This document shows, in pieces, positions 35,786-47,268 of a DNA stretch of 64,000 nucleotides (positions are counted from its first letter, which is position 1; the number at the start of each line of letters is the position of its first letter). Both the position numbers and the translations under genes were made by a program. The notes below the pieces were generated by a model. It made no database searches and had not been told where the DNA came from. It was given only the letters and a program-made list of their open reading frames with translations. Source of the stretch: Vicinamibacterales bacterium (GTDB lineage: Bacteria; Acidobacteriota; Vicinamibacteria; Vicinamibacterales; UBA8438); the NCBI GenBank assembly GCA_965263055.1, contig OZ253581.1:3631794-3695793 (forward strand). The letters are read 5' to 3'.

Positions 35786-37390
35786 CTAGAGACGAACGAG
35801 ATCGGCCGACCGGACGGCTGCCACGTCGCGAATCTCCCCGAGTACTGCAGCGCTCACTTCCGGCTCGCCCGCGTCCGCGCTGGCGCCACCCGTGCCGGCG
35901 CGCACGACGCCGATCGCACCCGCCTCGTTCCTTCCGAGGGCGAAGGTCGAAATGTTGATGCCGTGCCGTCCCAGGATCGTCCCAACTTCACCGATGACGC
36001 CCGGTTGATCGCTGTTCCTGATCACGATCATGGTTCCCTCGTCGAGGGGCACCTCCACCTCGACGCCGTCGAGTCGCACGAGTCGCGGCTGGTCCGGCTC
36101 GAAGACCGCTCCCTCCGCCCAGTACTCCCTCCCGTCGGCGTGCAGCTTCAGCGACACCAGGCTGGTAAAGTTCCGCGGCCGGGAGCTGCGCGACTCGACC
36201 ACCTCGAGGCCGCGCTGCTCGGCGACCGTGCGTGCGTTCACCAGCGTCACGACGTTTGAGAGCACTTCACGGAAGAGGCCGATCAGCGCCGATCCGACCA
36301 GCATCTCGTGCGTTTCGTCCGCCAGCGCGCCGTAGTATCGCAGGCCGACGCCGCTCACACGCCCCCCGCAGAGCTGCACCAGCAGGCGGCCCATCCGTTC
36401 GGTCAGCACCAGATAGGGCTGCAGCCGCTGAAACGCCTCTGCGTTGACCGACGGATAGTTGACCGCGTTCCGCACGACACCCGCGCGCAGATACTCCCGG
36501 ACGCCGGTTGCCGCCTCGACGCCGACCAGCTCCTGCGCTTCTGCCGTCGCCGCGCCGATGTGCGGCGTGGCCACGACATCCGGCCGCCCGGTCAGGGTCG
36601 TGTCCGGCGGCGGTTCTTCGCGGAAGACGTCGAGCGCCGCGCCGCCGATGCGTCCCTCGTCGATCGCCTCGGCCAGCGCCGCTTCGTCCACCAGGTCCCC
36701 GCGTGCCGTGTTGATGATCCGTGCTCCCGGCTTGCACCGCGCCAGCAGTTCCCGGTTCACCATGCCGCGCGTCGCTTCCGTGGACGGCAGATGGAACGTG
36801 ATGAAGTCCGATTGCCCCACCAGCGTCTCGACTGGTGCAAGCTCGACTCCGAGATCGGCTGCTACCTGTGTGGAGATGAACGGATCGTGCCCGACAACCG
36901 TCATCTCGAAGGCGCGTGCGCGCCGAACGACCTCGCGCCCGATCCGGCCGAGGCCGACGACCCCCAGTGTCTTGCCGCGCAGCTCGGCGCCCTGCAGCGA
37001 TCGCTTGGACCACCGGCCCGCCTTCATGTCCGCGTCGGCGCGGCTGATGGAGCGGGCGGAGGCGAGCATCAGCGCCCAGGTATGTTCCGCCACACTGATG
37101 CTGTTGGCGCCGGGGGCGTTCAGCACCAGGATCCCGCGGGCGCTGGCCGCCTCCAGGTCGACGTTATCCACACCGGTGCCGGCGCGGGCGATGACGCGAA
37201 GTCTCGGTGCGGCTGCGATAAGCTCCGCGGTCACCCTTGTCCCGCCGCGCACGATCAGGGCGTCGGCGTCGGAGAGGTCGGCCGCCAGCTTCGACGCCGA
37301 TCGTCCCTCGCGCGTGTCAATGGTCCAGCCCTCCGCGTCGAGCATCGCCGTGGCTGTCGCGGGGAGGGGTTCGGGGATGACAATTCTCAT
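35786..37390 (-). CDS. serA: D-3-phosphoglycerate dehydrogenase (long form with ASB and ACT domains)
   Basis: 534-aa ORF. Motifs GVVGLGRIGREV, NTARGDLVDE, TPHIGAAT, C-terminal ACT-like segment. Confidence 0.9.
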   Translation of the reverse strand: MRIVIPEPLPATATAMLDAEGWTIDTREGRSASKLAADLSDADALIVRGGTRVTAELIAAAPRLRVIARAGTGVDNVDLEAASARGILVLNAPGANSISVAEHTWALMLASARSISRADADMKAGRWSKRSLQGAELRGKTLGVVGLGRIGREVVRRARAFEMTVVGHDPFISTQVAADLGVELAPVETLVGQSDFITFHLPSTEATRGMVNRELLARCKPGARIINTARGDLVDEAALAEAIDEGRIGGAALDVFREEPPPDTTLTGRPDVVATPHIGAATAEAQELVGVEAATGVREYLRAGVVRNAVNYPSVNAEAFQRLQPYLVLTERMGRLLVQLCGGRVSGVGLRYYGALADETHEMLVGSALIGLFREVLSNVVTLVNARTVAEQRGLEVVESRSSRPRNFTSLVSLKLHADGREYWAEGAVFEPDQPRLVRLDGVEVEVPLDEGTMIVIRNSDQPGVIGEVGTILGRHGINISTFALGRNEAGAIGVVRAGTGGASADAGEPEVSAAVLGEIRDVAAVRSADLVRL

Positions 37391-37646
37391 GGGTACAACC
37401 GTTCCCGATCCTGAAGCGATCCGTTGCTAGCGGGACCGCCGCAGGCGGGACATATGGACGAACGACTGCTTGAAACCCGTGGCCGAGAGACCTGTAGAGT
37501 ATAATCCCGTGTTTTGTTCTGCGGCGCGGGCCGGCACAGGAGGCCTGCACGCGCTGTGGGACCACCGGAGGAACGGCGCATCACGATGGTGCAAGTCGCT
37601 CGAACGGGCCGGTCGACGCGGCTCGCGGGCATCTGATGGGTCAGTC

Positions 37647-37685
37647 TTCCACAAGGTTTTCCACAGTTTCTGTTGAAGATTCTGT
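37647..37685 (+). repeat. two pairs of short direct repeats upstream of icd (TTCCACA x2 and TTCTGT x2, each 12 bp apart)
   Basis: TTCCACA at 37647 and 37659; TTCTGT at 37668 and 37680. They lie in an A/T-enriched stretch 25-60 bp upstream of ATG 37710. Confidence 0.3.
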
Positions 37686-37709
37686 GCGACGCGGGAGCGG
37701 CATGCGCAT

Positions 37710-38936
<1,227 letters not shown>

Positions 38937-38982
38937 TGGCCACGGATCGGCCGCGGTCCAACCGAACGGAGCAGAAGCAGAG

Positions 38983-39909
38983 ATGAATCGGAAGGTATCG
39001 GTCATCGGGTCGGGGAACGTGGGGGCAACCGCCGCCCGTAGCATCGCGGACAAGGAACTGGCCGACGTGGTCATCCTCGACATCCTTGAGGGAGTACCCC
39101 AGGGGAAGGGGCTCGACATGCTCGAGGCGTGCCCCGTCGAAGGGTCGGACGCGCGCGTGCTCGGCACCAACGACTACGCCGACACCGCCGGTTCCGACAT
39201 CGTGGTCATCACCGCCGGTCTTGCGCGCAAGCCGGGCATGAGCCGCGACGACCTGCTGCAGAAGAACACGGCAATCATCCGCGGCGTCACCCGGGAGGTG
39301 ATAAAGCACTCGCCCGGCTGCATCGTCATTCCGGTAACCAACCCGCTCGACGCGATGGCCCAGGTCGTTTACCGCGTGAGCGGGTTGCCGCGCGAACGGG
39401 TCATCGGCATGGCCGGCGTGCTCGACTCGGCGCGGATGCGCGCGTTCATCGCCGAGGCGCTCGACGTGTCGGTGGAGAATACTCACGCCTTTGTCCTCGG
39501 CGGCCACGGCGACACGATGGTGCCGTTGCCGCGCTACTCTACGGTCGCGGGGATTCCGATTACCGAGCTGCTCGACGCGGCGACGGTTGAGGCGATCGTG
39601 CATCGGACCGCGCACGGCGGCGCCGAGATCGTGAAGCTGCTGGGCACGGGGTCCGCCTACTACGCTCCCGGCTCCGCCGTCGTGGAGATGGTCGAGTCGA
39701 TCCTGAAGGACAAGAAGAAGATCCTTCCCTGCTCGGTCTTCCTCCAGGGCGAGTACGGCATCAACGACTTGTTCGTCGGCGTTCCCTGCAAGCTGGGGGC
39801 GAACGGTCTGGAAGCCATCATCCAGGTCGAGCTGACCGCCGAGGAGTCTGCGGCGCTTCAGAAGTCTGCAGCCGCCGTGCAGGAGCTGGTGCAGATCATC
39901 AACATGTAG
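38983..39909 (+). CDS. mdh: malate dehydrogenase (LDH-like family)
   Basis: 308-aa ORF. Motifs [37 protein letters not shown]. Confidence 0.9.
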   Translation: MNRKVSVIGSGNVGATAARSIADKELADVVILDILEGVPQGKGLDMLEACPVEGSDARVLGTNDYADTAGSDIVVITAGLARKPGMSRDDLLQKNTAIIRGVTREVIKHSPGCIVIPVTNPLDAMAQVVYRVSGLPRERVIGMAGVLDSARMRAFIAEALDVSVENTHAFVLGGHGDTMVPLPRYSTVAGIPITELLDAATVEAIVHRTAHGGAEIVKLLGTGSAYYAPGSAVVEMVESILKDKKKILPCSVFLQGEYGINDLFVGVPCKLGANGLEAIIQVELTAEESAALQKSAAAVQELVQIINM

Positions 39910-39912
39910 CGC

Positions 39913-39949
39913 CGCCGCGCGGGACGCCGGCATTGCGTTCCGCGCGGCG
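39913..39949 (+). terminator. GC-rich hairpin 4 nt after the mdh stop (about 15-bp stem, 7-nt loop, followed by TT)
   Basis: CGCCGCGCGG (39913-39922) pairs with CCGCGCGGCG (39940-39949). The stem extends inward with GACGC/GCGTT (one G-U pair). Possible partial terminator or attenuator between mdh and sucC. Confidence 0.35.
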
Positions 39950-39964
39950 TTCAGCAGGCCGCCC

Positions 39965-41137
39965 GTGAAGATCCACGAATACCAGGCAAAACAGTTGATC
40001 TCTGCCGCCGGGCTGCCGGTGCCGCGCGGCGACGTGGCGCGTACCCCGGAAGAGGCGCGGGACATTGCCGCCCGCCTGGGCGGCCGCGTCGTCGTCAAGG
40101 CCCAGATTCATGCCGGGGGCCGCGGCAAGGGGGGGGGCGTAAAGCTCGTAGAGGATGCAGCGGAGGCGGAGCGGGTGGCGAAGGCAATGCTTGGGATGAC
40201 GCTCGTCACCGTGCAGACCGGTCCTGGGGGTCGGACCGTGGGACGATTGCTGATCGAAGAGGCGCTCGATATCGCGCAGGAGCTGTACGCAGGGCTTGTA
40301 ATCGATCGTGCGCTTGCCCGCCCGGTGCTCATGGCAAGCGCGGCGGGCGGCATGGATATAGAGCAGGTAGCGGCCGACACGCCAGAACTGATCCACCGCG
40401 AGTCGATCGATTCGGCAACCGGCCTGCTGCCCTTTCAGGCCCGGCGCGTGGCGTTTGCCATCGGACTGACCGGACGTGTCGCCAATAGAGTCGCGGGTGC
40501 GATGCTCGCGGCCGACCGTGCGTTTCGCCAGGTGGACGCTTCGCTGCTGGAGGTGAACCCACTGATGGTCACCCGCGCCGGCGATGTCCTGGCGCTCGAC
40601 GCCAAGATCAACCTGGACGACAGCGCGCTCGCACGCCATCCCGAACTTCGCGAACTGCGCGACCTCGCCGAAGAGGATCCGCTCGAAGTTGAAGCGTCAA
40701 GACACGCGCTCAACTACATCCGCCTCGACGGCACGATCGGCTGCATGGTGAACGGCGCCGGCCTGGCGATGGCGACGATGGACATCATCAAGCTGGCGGG
40801 AGGCGAGCCGGCCAATTTCCTCGACGTCGGCGGCGGCGCCAACGCGGATCAGATCCGGAACGCGTTCCGGCTGCTGCTGGCCGATCGGAACGTCCGTGCC
40901 GTGCTTATCAACATCTTCGGCGGCATACTCCGGTGCGACGTTCTGGCCGAAGGGGTGATTGCCGCCGTGCGCGAGCTCGATGTCCAACTCCCGGTGGTGA
41001 TCCGGATGGAGGGCACCAATGTCGAGGAGGGGAACCGCATGCTGCGGGAGAGCGGCCTGAATTTCACGACTGCGGGGTCGATGGGAGAGGCGGCGGAGCG
41101 CGTGGTGGGGCTAGCTGTCGGCGGCGTCGCGAACTGA
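39965..41137 (+). CDS. sucC: succinate--CoA ligase (ADP-forming) beta subunit
   Basis: 390-aa ORF (GTG start). Motifs [46 protein letters not shown]. Confidence 0.95.
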   Translation: MKIHEYQAKQLISAAGLPVPRGDVARTPEEARDIAARLGGRVVVKAQIHAGGRGKGGGVKLVEDAAEAERVAKAMLGMTLVTVQTGPGGRTVGRLLIEEALDIAQELYAGLVIDRALARPVLMASAAGGMDIEQVAADTPELIHRESIDSATGLLPFQARRVAFAIGLTGRVANRVAGAMLAADRAFRQVDASLLEVNPLMVTRAGDVLALDAKINLDDSALARHPELRELRDLAEEDPLEVEASRHALNYIRLDGTIGCMVNGAGLAMATMDIIKLAGGEPANFLDVGGGANADQIRNAFRLLLADRNVRAVLINIFGGILRCDVLAEGVIAAVRELDVQLPVVIRMEGTNVEEGNRMLRESGLNFTTAGSMGEAAERVVGLAVGGVAN

Positions 41138-41161
41138 CGCGCTGCGGGAACCGGGCGAACC

Positions 41162-42040
41162 ATGGCAATCCTGATCGACGAGGCGACGCGACTCCTCGTA
41201 CAGGGGCTGACCGGCCGCGAAGGGACATTCCATGCGCGGCAGGCGGCCGCCTACGGCACGACCGTCGTTGGCGGGGTGACGCCGGGGAAGGGTGGCGCGT
41301 CGCACCAGGGGTGGCCAGTGTTCGACACGGTCGCCGCAGCGGTGGACGCGACCGGTGCGAACGCGTCGGTCATCTTCGTGCCTCCGTCGGCGGCGGCCGA
41401 TGCGGTGATGGAAGCGGCCGACGCGGGTATTGGAGTTGTCGTCTGCATTACGGAAGGGATCCCGACGCTCGACATGGTCCGCGTGATGGCGTACCTTGCC
41501 GACCGTCCCACGCGTCTGGTAGGGCCCAACTGTCCCGGCATCCTGTCGGTAGGGAAGGCGAAAGCGGGGATCATCCCCGGACAAATTGGAACGCCTGGCT
41601 CCATCGGAATCGTCTCTCGCAGCGGCACCCTCACCTACGAGGCGATGCACCAGTTGACACGCCTTGGCCTCGGCCAGTCCACCTGTCTCGGCATCGGAGG
41701 CGATCCGGTGATCGGCACCGATTTCATAGCGGCGCTCGATCTCTTCCGGCAGGATCCCGAAACCGAGGCGGTGGTCCTGATCGGCGAGATCGGCGGCACG
41801 GCTGAAGAGGACGCGGCAGCCTGGATCGCCGCGCACTTCGCCAAGCCGGTAGTAGGTTTCATCGCTGGCCAAACGGCTCCCCCGGGTCGGCGTATGGGTC
41901 ATGCTGGCGCCATCATTGCCGGCGGCGCCGGCACAGCCGCCGAGAAGATGTCCGCTCTGGAAGCCGCAGGCGTCAGCGTCGCCGAGAGCCCGGCACGCAT
42001 CGGCGAAACGGTCGCCCGCCGCCTCGGCCGGACCGTGTAG
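41162..42040 (+). CDS. sucD: succinate--CoA ligase alpha subunit
   Basis: 292-aa ORF. Motifs [30 protein letters not shown] (phospho-His). Confidence 0.95.
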   Translation: MAILIDEATRLLVQGLTGREGTFHARQAAAYGTTVVGGVTPGKGGASHQGWPVFDTVAAAVDATGANASVIFVPPSAAADAVMEAADAGIGVVVCITEGIPTLDMVRVMAYLADRPTRLVGPNCPGILSVGKAKAGIIPGQIGTPGSIGIVSRSGTLTYEAMHQLTRLGLGQSTCLGIGGDPVIGTDFIAALDLFRQDPETEAVVLIGEIGGTAEEDAAAWIAAHFAKPVVGFIAGQTAPPGRRMGHAGAIIAGGAGTAAEKMSALEAAGVSVAESPARIGETVARRLGRTV

Positions 42041-42126
42041 TGCGCGCCGCCGCCGCAAAAGGCAGTACGTACTCCTGTAATGTATAGTTAAAGGCTCCAT
42101 ACCCCACCCCGCGCGAGAATGAGACC

Positions 42127-44025
42127 ATGGCACTTCCCGACGTCGCAGTAGACGACCTTCCCGCAGCCAGCGGCAAGGGCCGCATCGTCAACGACTTCAG
42201 CATCCAGGTAGCCACCGTCAATGGTTCGGGCAGTCAGACTGCCAACCTGGTGCTCCTCCGCTCCATCTTCAAGATGGGCGTTCCGGTCTCCGGCAAGAAC
42301 CTCTTCCCGTCCAACATTGCCGGGTTGCCTACCTGGTTCACGATCCGCGCGAACAAGGATGGCTACATCGCCCGCAAGAATAGGGTGGACATCCTGGTTG
42401 CGATGAACCGGGAAACCGCCAAGGAGGACGTGCTCTCGCTGTCGAGGGGCGCCGCCGTCGTCTATGACGAACCGTTGGCCCTCGACACGCTGCGCGACGA
42501 TCTCATCTTCTACCCGGTTCCGTTCGACAAGCTGGTCTCGGGCATATCCACCACGCCGAAGCTCCGGCGGTTCGTTCGCAACATGATCTACGACGGGGTG
42601 TTGGCGAAACTGCTCGACATCGACCTCGGGAGCATGGAAGCGGCGCTGCAGAAGCAGTTGGGAGGGAAGCCGAAGGCGGTCGCGCTCAATAGGCAGGCCC
42701 TCGAGAGCGGTTTCGAGTACGCCGCGCAGCACTTCGAGAAGCGCGACCCGTACGTCGTCGCACCCTTGAACCGGACCGAGGGGCTGATGCTCGTGGAGGG
42801 AAACGCCGCCGCTGCGATCGGCGCGATGATGGCGGGGGTCACCGTGGTGACCTGGTACCCCATCACGCCGTCGTCGTCCCTCTGCGAGACGTTGATTGAC
42901 TATCTCCGGAAGTACCGGATCGACGAGAAGACCGGCAAGGCGACGTTCGCCGTCGTGCAGGCGGAGGACGAGATAGCGGCGCTGGGAATGGCGATCGGCG
43001 CGGGATGGGCGGGTGCACGGTCGATGACGTCGACCAGCGGGCCGGGCATCTCGCTCATGAGCGAATTCGCCGGCCTCGGTTACTACGGCGAGGTGCCGAC
43101 GGTCATCTTCAACATCCAGCGGGTGGGGCCATCTACCGGACTGCCGACGCGCACCGCGCAGGGCGACATCCTCACGACCGCGTTTCTCTCGCACGGTGAC
43201 ACGCGTCACCTGATGCTCTTCCCGTCCTCGGTGAAGGAATGCTACGAGATGGCAATTGAGGCGTTCGACCTTGCCGAGCGGTTCCAGACGCCGGTCTTCG
43301 TCATGAGCGATCTCGACCTCGGGATGAACACCTGGATGTCCGAGCCGTTCGATTACCCGGAGCGCCCGCTTGACCGGGGCAAGGTGCTCGATAAGGAGAT
43401 GCTGGCGCGGATAGGCGTGTTCGGCCGGTATCGGGACGTCGACGGTGACGCCATCCCCTACCGGACGCTGCCGGGAGACGACCTCCCCGCCTACTTCTGC
43501 CGCGGCTCCGGTCACAACGATCTCGCGCAGTACAGCGAGCGGCCTGATGACTACCAGAACAACGTCGATCGGCTGGCGAGGAAGTTCGAGAACGCACGCG
43601 ACTGGATGCCGACGCCGGAGCACGACGAGCGGAAGGAGGCGTCAGTCGGCATCGTCGCCTACGGCACGACCCACTGGGCGGTAACCGAGAGCCGCGATCA
43701 ATTGCTTGCCGAGGAAGGTCTGGAGACATCGTACTACCGAATTCGCGGCTACCCGTTCCGGACGTCGCCACTCGCGAGGTTCATAGAGCGCCACGAGCGC
43801 GTGTACGTCGTGGAGCAGAACCGCGACGCCCAGATGCTCAGCCTGATGAAGCTCGAACTGGCGCCGGAACTGACCCTGCGTCTCCGGAGCGTGCGGCACT
43901 ATTCGGGCCTCCCGATCGATGCAAGATCCATCACCGACAGTGTCTTGTTGCAGGAGGGACTGCGGATCGAACGGGCGACCCCGCGTCAGCGGCTGCCACA
44001 CAGGGCGGGCGTCGGGGGCGAGTAG
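42127..44025 (+). CDS. korA: 2-oxoglutarate:ferredoxin oxidoreductase, fused gamma/alpha subunit
   Basis: 632-aa ORF. N-terminal gamma-like VNGSGSQTANL, then alpha motifs WYPITPSS, ALGMAIGAGWAGARSMTSTSGPG. Two-subunit KorAB layout as in actinobacteria. Confidence 0.85.
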   Translation: MALPDVAVDDLPAASGKGRIVNDFSIQVATVNGSGSQTANLVLLRSIFKMGVPVSGKNLFPSNIAGLPTWFTIRANKDGYIARKNRVDILVAMNRETAKEDVLSLSRGAAVVYDEPLALDTLRDDLIFYPVPFDKLVSGISTTPKLRRFVRNMIYDGVLAKLLDIDLGSMEAALQKQLGGKPKAVALNRQALESGFEYAAQHFEKRDPYVVAPLNRTEGLMLVEGNAAAAIGAMMAGVTVVTWYPITPSSSLCETLIDYLRKYRIDEKTGKATFAVVQAEDEIAALGMAIGAGWAGARSMTSTSGPGISLMSEFAGLGYYGEVPTVIFNIQRVGPSTGLPTRTAQGDILTTAFLSHGDTRHLMLFPSSVKECYEMAIEAFDLAERFQTPVFVMSDLDLGMNTWMSEPFDYPERPLDRGKVLDKEMLARIGVFGRYRDVDGDAIPYRTLPGDDLPAYFCRGSGHNDLAQYSERPDDYQNNVDRLARKFENARDWMPTPEHDERKEASVGIVAYGTTHWAVTESRDQLLAEEGLETSYYRIRGYPFRTSPLARFIERHERVYVVEQNRDAQMLSLMKLELAPELTLRLRSVRHYSGLPIDARSITDSVLLQEGLRIERATPRQRLPHRAGVGGE

Positions 44026-44099
44026 GCGGCGGAGCACACCGTCGGACGGAAGCGTCGTCGGATCAGACAGAACGCGTAGACGGAGGCATAGAGACAATC

Positions 44100-45164
44100 G
44101 TGGCAACGGCACCAACCGAGCAGTCCAGACCATCACGCGCACCCAGGCCGCAGGTGAACCGGATCGGCCTCGACGCGAAGGCTTACCGCGGCTTGAAGAC
44201 GACGTTGTGCGCCGGCTGTGGGCACAACGCCATCTCGGAGCGCATCATCGACGCCTGCTACGAGATGGGCGTACAGCCCGAGCGCGTGATCAAGCTTTCC
44301 GGCATCGGCTGTTCCAGCAAGAGCCCTGCCTACTTTCTCGGTCAGGCGCACGGGTTCAACACCGTGCATGGCCGGATGCCGTCCGTCGGCACCGGCGCGC
44401 TGCTCGCCAACCACAAGCTGGTGGCAATTGGTGTCAGCGGCGACGGCGACACGGGGGCGATCGGCATCGGGCAGTTCGTCCATCTGATGCGGCGCAACCT
44501 GCCGATCATCTACATCATCGAGGACAACGGCTGCTACGGCCTGACGAAAGGGCAGTTCTCGCCGACGGCCGACATTGGGTCGAAGACGAAGACCGGTGTG
44601 GTGAACGACTTGCCGCCGCTCGACACCTGTGCCCTCGCCGTCGAGCTGGGGGCGTCGTTTGTCGCCCGTTCGTTCTCCGGCGACAAGAAACAGCTTTCCA
44701 CCATCCTGAAGGCGGCGCTCAGCCACCGCGGCACGGCGATGCTCGACGTGCTGTCGCCCTGCGTGACGTTCAACGATCACGAGGGTTCGACCAAGAGCTA
44801 CGCCTACGTGAAGGAGCATGACGATCCGCTCGAGGAGTTGGACTTCGTTCCGTATTTCGAGGAGATCGACATCGACTACGAACCGGGTGCCACGCAGGAG
44901 GTGGAGTTGCACGACGGCTCCCGGATTTACCTCCGGAAACTGGGCGAGGACTACGACCCGCTCGACAAGGTGCAGGCGTTCAGGGTGCTCGAAGAGACCC
45001 GCCGCCGCGGGGAGTTCGCGACCGGACTGATCTACGTCGAGCCGCGGAAGATCGATTTCCTCTCAGCCCTCAACATGGTGGACGAGCCGTTGGCGACCCT
45101 GCCGGAAGCGCGCGTCCGTCCGGGCCGGGCGGCGCTCGAAGAGGTGATAGAGGCCCTCCGCTAG
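44100..45164 (+). CDS. korB: 2-oxoglutarate:ferredoxin oxidoreductase beta (TPP-binding) subunit
   Basis: 354-aa ORF (GTG start). Motifs CAGCGHNAI, GVSGDGDTGAIG, IIEDNGCYGLTKGQ. Confidence 0.85.
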   Translation: MATAPTEQSRPSRAPRPQVNRIGLDAKAYRGLKTTLCAGCGHNAISERIIDACYEMGVQPERVIKLSGIGCSSKSPAYFLGQAHGFNTVHGRMPSVGTGALLANHKLVAIGVSGDGDTGAIGIGQFVHLMRRNLPIIYIIEDNGCYGLTKGQFSPTADIGSKTKTGVVNDLPPLDTCALAVELGASFVARSFSGDKKQLSTILKAALSHRGTAMLDVLSPCVTFNDHEGSTKSYAYVKEHDDPLEELDFVPYFEEIDIDYEPGATQEVELHDGSRIYLRKLGEDYDPLDKVQAFRVLEETRRRGEFATGLIYVEPRKIDFLSALNMVDEPLATLPEARVRPGRAALEEVIEALR

Positions 45165-45176
45165 GCGGCGTGCCGA

Positions 45177-45590
45177 ATGGAACGTACGCTTGCCATCATC
45201 AAGCCGGACGCCGTCGCGGCTGGCCACGTCGGCGCCATCGTTGAGCGGATCGAGTCGGAAGGACTGCGGATCCGCGCCATGCGGCTGGTCCGGCTCTCGC
45301 GGGCTGACGCCGAGGGGTTTTACGCCGTCCACCGCGACAGGCCGTTCTTCCCGAGTCTGACCGCCTTTATGTCCTCCGGTCCGGCAGTGGTCCTGGCGCT
45401 CGAGGCGGACAATGCGATCCGGCGCTGGCGCGACATCATGGGCGCTACCGATCCGGCGAAGGCGCTGCAGGGGAGTCTACGCCGGCAGTTCGGCACCTCG
45501 ATCGAGCACAACGCCACGCACGGATCGGACGCGCCCGAAACCGCGGCGTACGAACTGGGCTACTTCTTCCGCGGCGTCGAGTTGGGCTGA
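45177..45590 (+). CDS. ndk: nucleoside-diphosphate kinase
   Basis: 137-aa ORF. Motifs [17 protein letters not shown] (active-site His). Confidence 0.95.
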   Translation: MERTLAIIKPDAVAAGHVGAIVERIESEGLRIRAMRLVRLSRADAEGFYAVHRDRPFFPSLTAFMSSGPAVVLALEADNAIRRWRDIMGATDPAKALQGSLRRQFGTSIEHNATHGSDAPETAAYELGYFFRGVELG

Positions 45591-45606
45591 CGGCGGACGG
45601 GCGCGC

Positions 45607-46161
45607 ATGAGCATCAAGTCGGACGCCTGGATCAAGCGGATGGCGCTCCAGCACCGCATGATCGAGCCCTTTGTCGAGCAGCAGGTGCGTGAGGGCGTGG
45701 TCTCGTATGGCGTCTCGTCCTACGGCTACGACATTCGGGTGGCGGACGAGTTCAAGGTTTTTACCAACATCAATTCGACGGTGATCGACCCGAAGGCATT
45801 CGACTCGCGGTCGTTCGTCGACCTGAAGGCGGACGTCTGCATCGTACCCCCCAACTCGTTCGCCCTGGCCCGCACCGTCGAGTATTTCCGGATCCCGCGC
45901 GACGTCCTGACCGTCTGCCTGGGAAAGTCGACCTACGCCCGTTGCGGCATCATCGTCAACGTCACGCCGTTCGAGCCGGAGTGGGAGGGCACGGCCACGC
46001 TGGAGATCTCAAACACGACACCGCTGCCGGCCCGGATCTACGCCAACGAAGGGATTGCGCAGGTGCTTTTCTTTCAGAGCGATGAGACGTGCGAGCGGTC
46101 GTACGCCGACAAGAAGGGGAAGTATCAGGCCCAGCAGCACGTCACGCTGCCGCGGATCTAG
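45607..46161 (+). CDS. dcd: dCTP deaminase
   Basis: ATG 45607 within ORF 45412..46161. Motifs [31 protein letters not shown]. Confidence 0.9.
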   Translation: MSIKSDAWIKRMALQHRMIEPFVEQQVREGVVSYGVSSYGYDIRVADEFKVFTNINSTVIDPKAFDSRSFVDLKADVCIVPPNSFALARTVEYFRIPRDVLTVCLGKSTYARCGIIVNVTPFEPEWEGTATLEISNTTPLPARIYANEGIAQVLFFQSDETCERSYADKKGKYQAQQHVTLPRI

Positions 46162-46320
46162 CCGCCGCAACGCCTTCGACGTTTCCTGCTGCGCAGACGC
46201 GCGCCACCGGGGGCGGGTTGACCAGAAATTGCCTGCCGTAGTACCCTTCGTCGCCTGCCGGTTCGTACGTGGTGTGCGTGTCGAAGACACGTCATCGGCA
46301 ACCCGGACGCACCGCTGGGC

Positions 46321-47268
46321 ATGTCAGATCCTCTGACGTCGTCACAGATGCAGAAGCTGGTCGAGCAAGAAGGCGCTCCACGTGTGAGTCCGCTGCGCGC
46401 GGCACCCGCGCTCGCGGTCCAGTTTTTCCTGATCCCCCTCGCCGTCGTCGGCATGGTGGTGCTGGTGTACGGCGGCTTCCGCATGCTGGTCACGACGGAG
46501 CGGACCCCCCAGGAATTGCTCGTCGACGTTCAGGCGGGCGGCCGCGAACGACGGTGGCCAGCGGCGTACGAGTTGTCCCGGCTGTTGGCCGATCCGGAAA
46601 CCGAGGCGCAGAACCCGCAACTGGGTGCGGCGATTGTGCAAGCCTTCGCCGATGCGGACGGGGGCGACCCGCGGCTGCGGCGTTACCTCGCCCTGGCGAT
46701 CGGCCGGCTTTCCGCCCCTTCGGCGAACGCTGTGGATGAGTTGCGCGGCGCGCTGACTGACCCCGACAGCGAGACCCGAATCAGTGTCATCTGGGCGCTC
46801 GCGTCGCTCGGCGACGCGAGCATCGTGGCGGATATCGAGGCAATGTACTCCTCCGATGATGCCGGCGTTCGGAAGATGGCCGTCTACGCGCTCGGTACTC
46901 TCCCGGGGAGCGGCGACCACGCTACTCTCCGGAACGCGCTGGATGATCCGGCGGCCGACGTGCAGTGGAACGCCGCGGTGGCGCTCGCGCGGCATGGCCG
47001 CGACGAGGGAGTCACCGTAATCCGCCGGATGCTCGACCGTGAATACGTCTCCCGGATGGTGACGCGCAACGCGACAACCGAGGCAGTGATCGATCCGGTG
47101 AGCGAGGTGATTGTGAGCGGCCTGCAGGCCGCAGCTACCCTCGGCGCCAGTGAACTCCGCCCGTCGGTCGAGGCGTTGAGCGAATCGGACGCCAGCCTGC
47201 GCGTGCGCGAGGTGGCGATGAAGACCCTGGACGTGTTTAATCAGTCGACGAGGAGCCGGACCGGATGA
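46321..47268 (+). CDS. membrane-anchored HEAT-repeat protein (first gene of the Rieske/cyt b operon)
   Basis: 315-aa ORF. TM helix ALAVQFFLIPLAVVGMVVLVYGGF. Repeated D-x-x-x-x-V/R-x-x-A-x-x-AL units (DPDSETRISVIWALASLG, SDDAGVRKMAVYALGTL, DPAADVQWNAAVALARHG). The stop overlaps the Rieske ATG (ATGA). Confidence 0.7.
   Translation: MSDPLTSSQMQKLVEQEGAPRVSPLRAAPALAVQFFLIPLAVVGMVVLVYGGFRMLVTTERTPQELLVDVQAGGRERRWPAAYELSRLLADPETEAQNPQLGAAIVQAFADADGGDPRLRRYLALAIGRLSAPSANAVDELRGALTDPDSETRISVIWALASLGDASIVADIEAMYSSDDAGVRKMAVYALGTLPGSGDHATLRNALDDPAADVQWNAAVALARHGRDEGVTVIRRMLDREYVSRMVTRNATTEAVIDPVSEVIVSGLQAAATLGASELRPSVEALSESDASLRVREVAMKTLDVFNQSTRSRTG

Noticed and set aside
37470-37505. A TTGAAA ... TATAAT pair that looks like a strong promoter upstream of icd, and the 68-aa ORF 37470..37676.
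   Set aside because: The spacer is 24 bp, too long for one sigma70 promoter, so only the TATAAT is kept as a weak observation. The small ORF starts at the TTG of TTGAAA and has Arg/Ser/Gly-rich composition and no RBS.
40129-40137. A G9 homopolymer inside sucC, and a second G9/C9 run inside tRNA-fMet (62423-62431), as possible phase-variation or slippage sites.
   Set aside because: Both are in frame or structurally required (Gly-Gly-Gly in the ATP-grasp loop; T-stem plus acceptor stem). These are essential housekeeping genes, so the runs are more likely just GC-rich sequence. Worth a read-level check only for sequencing errors.
46277-46291. Inverted repeat CGTGTC-gaa-GACACG, 30 bp upstream of the HEAT/Rieske operon, as a possible operator.
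   Set aside because: With only 6-bp arms, this is expected by chance in a 64-kb GC-rich sequence. It does not match the FNR/CRP-type half-sites I know.
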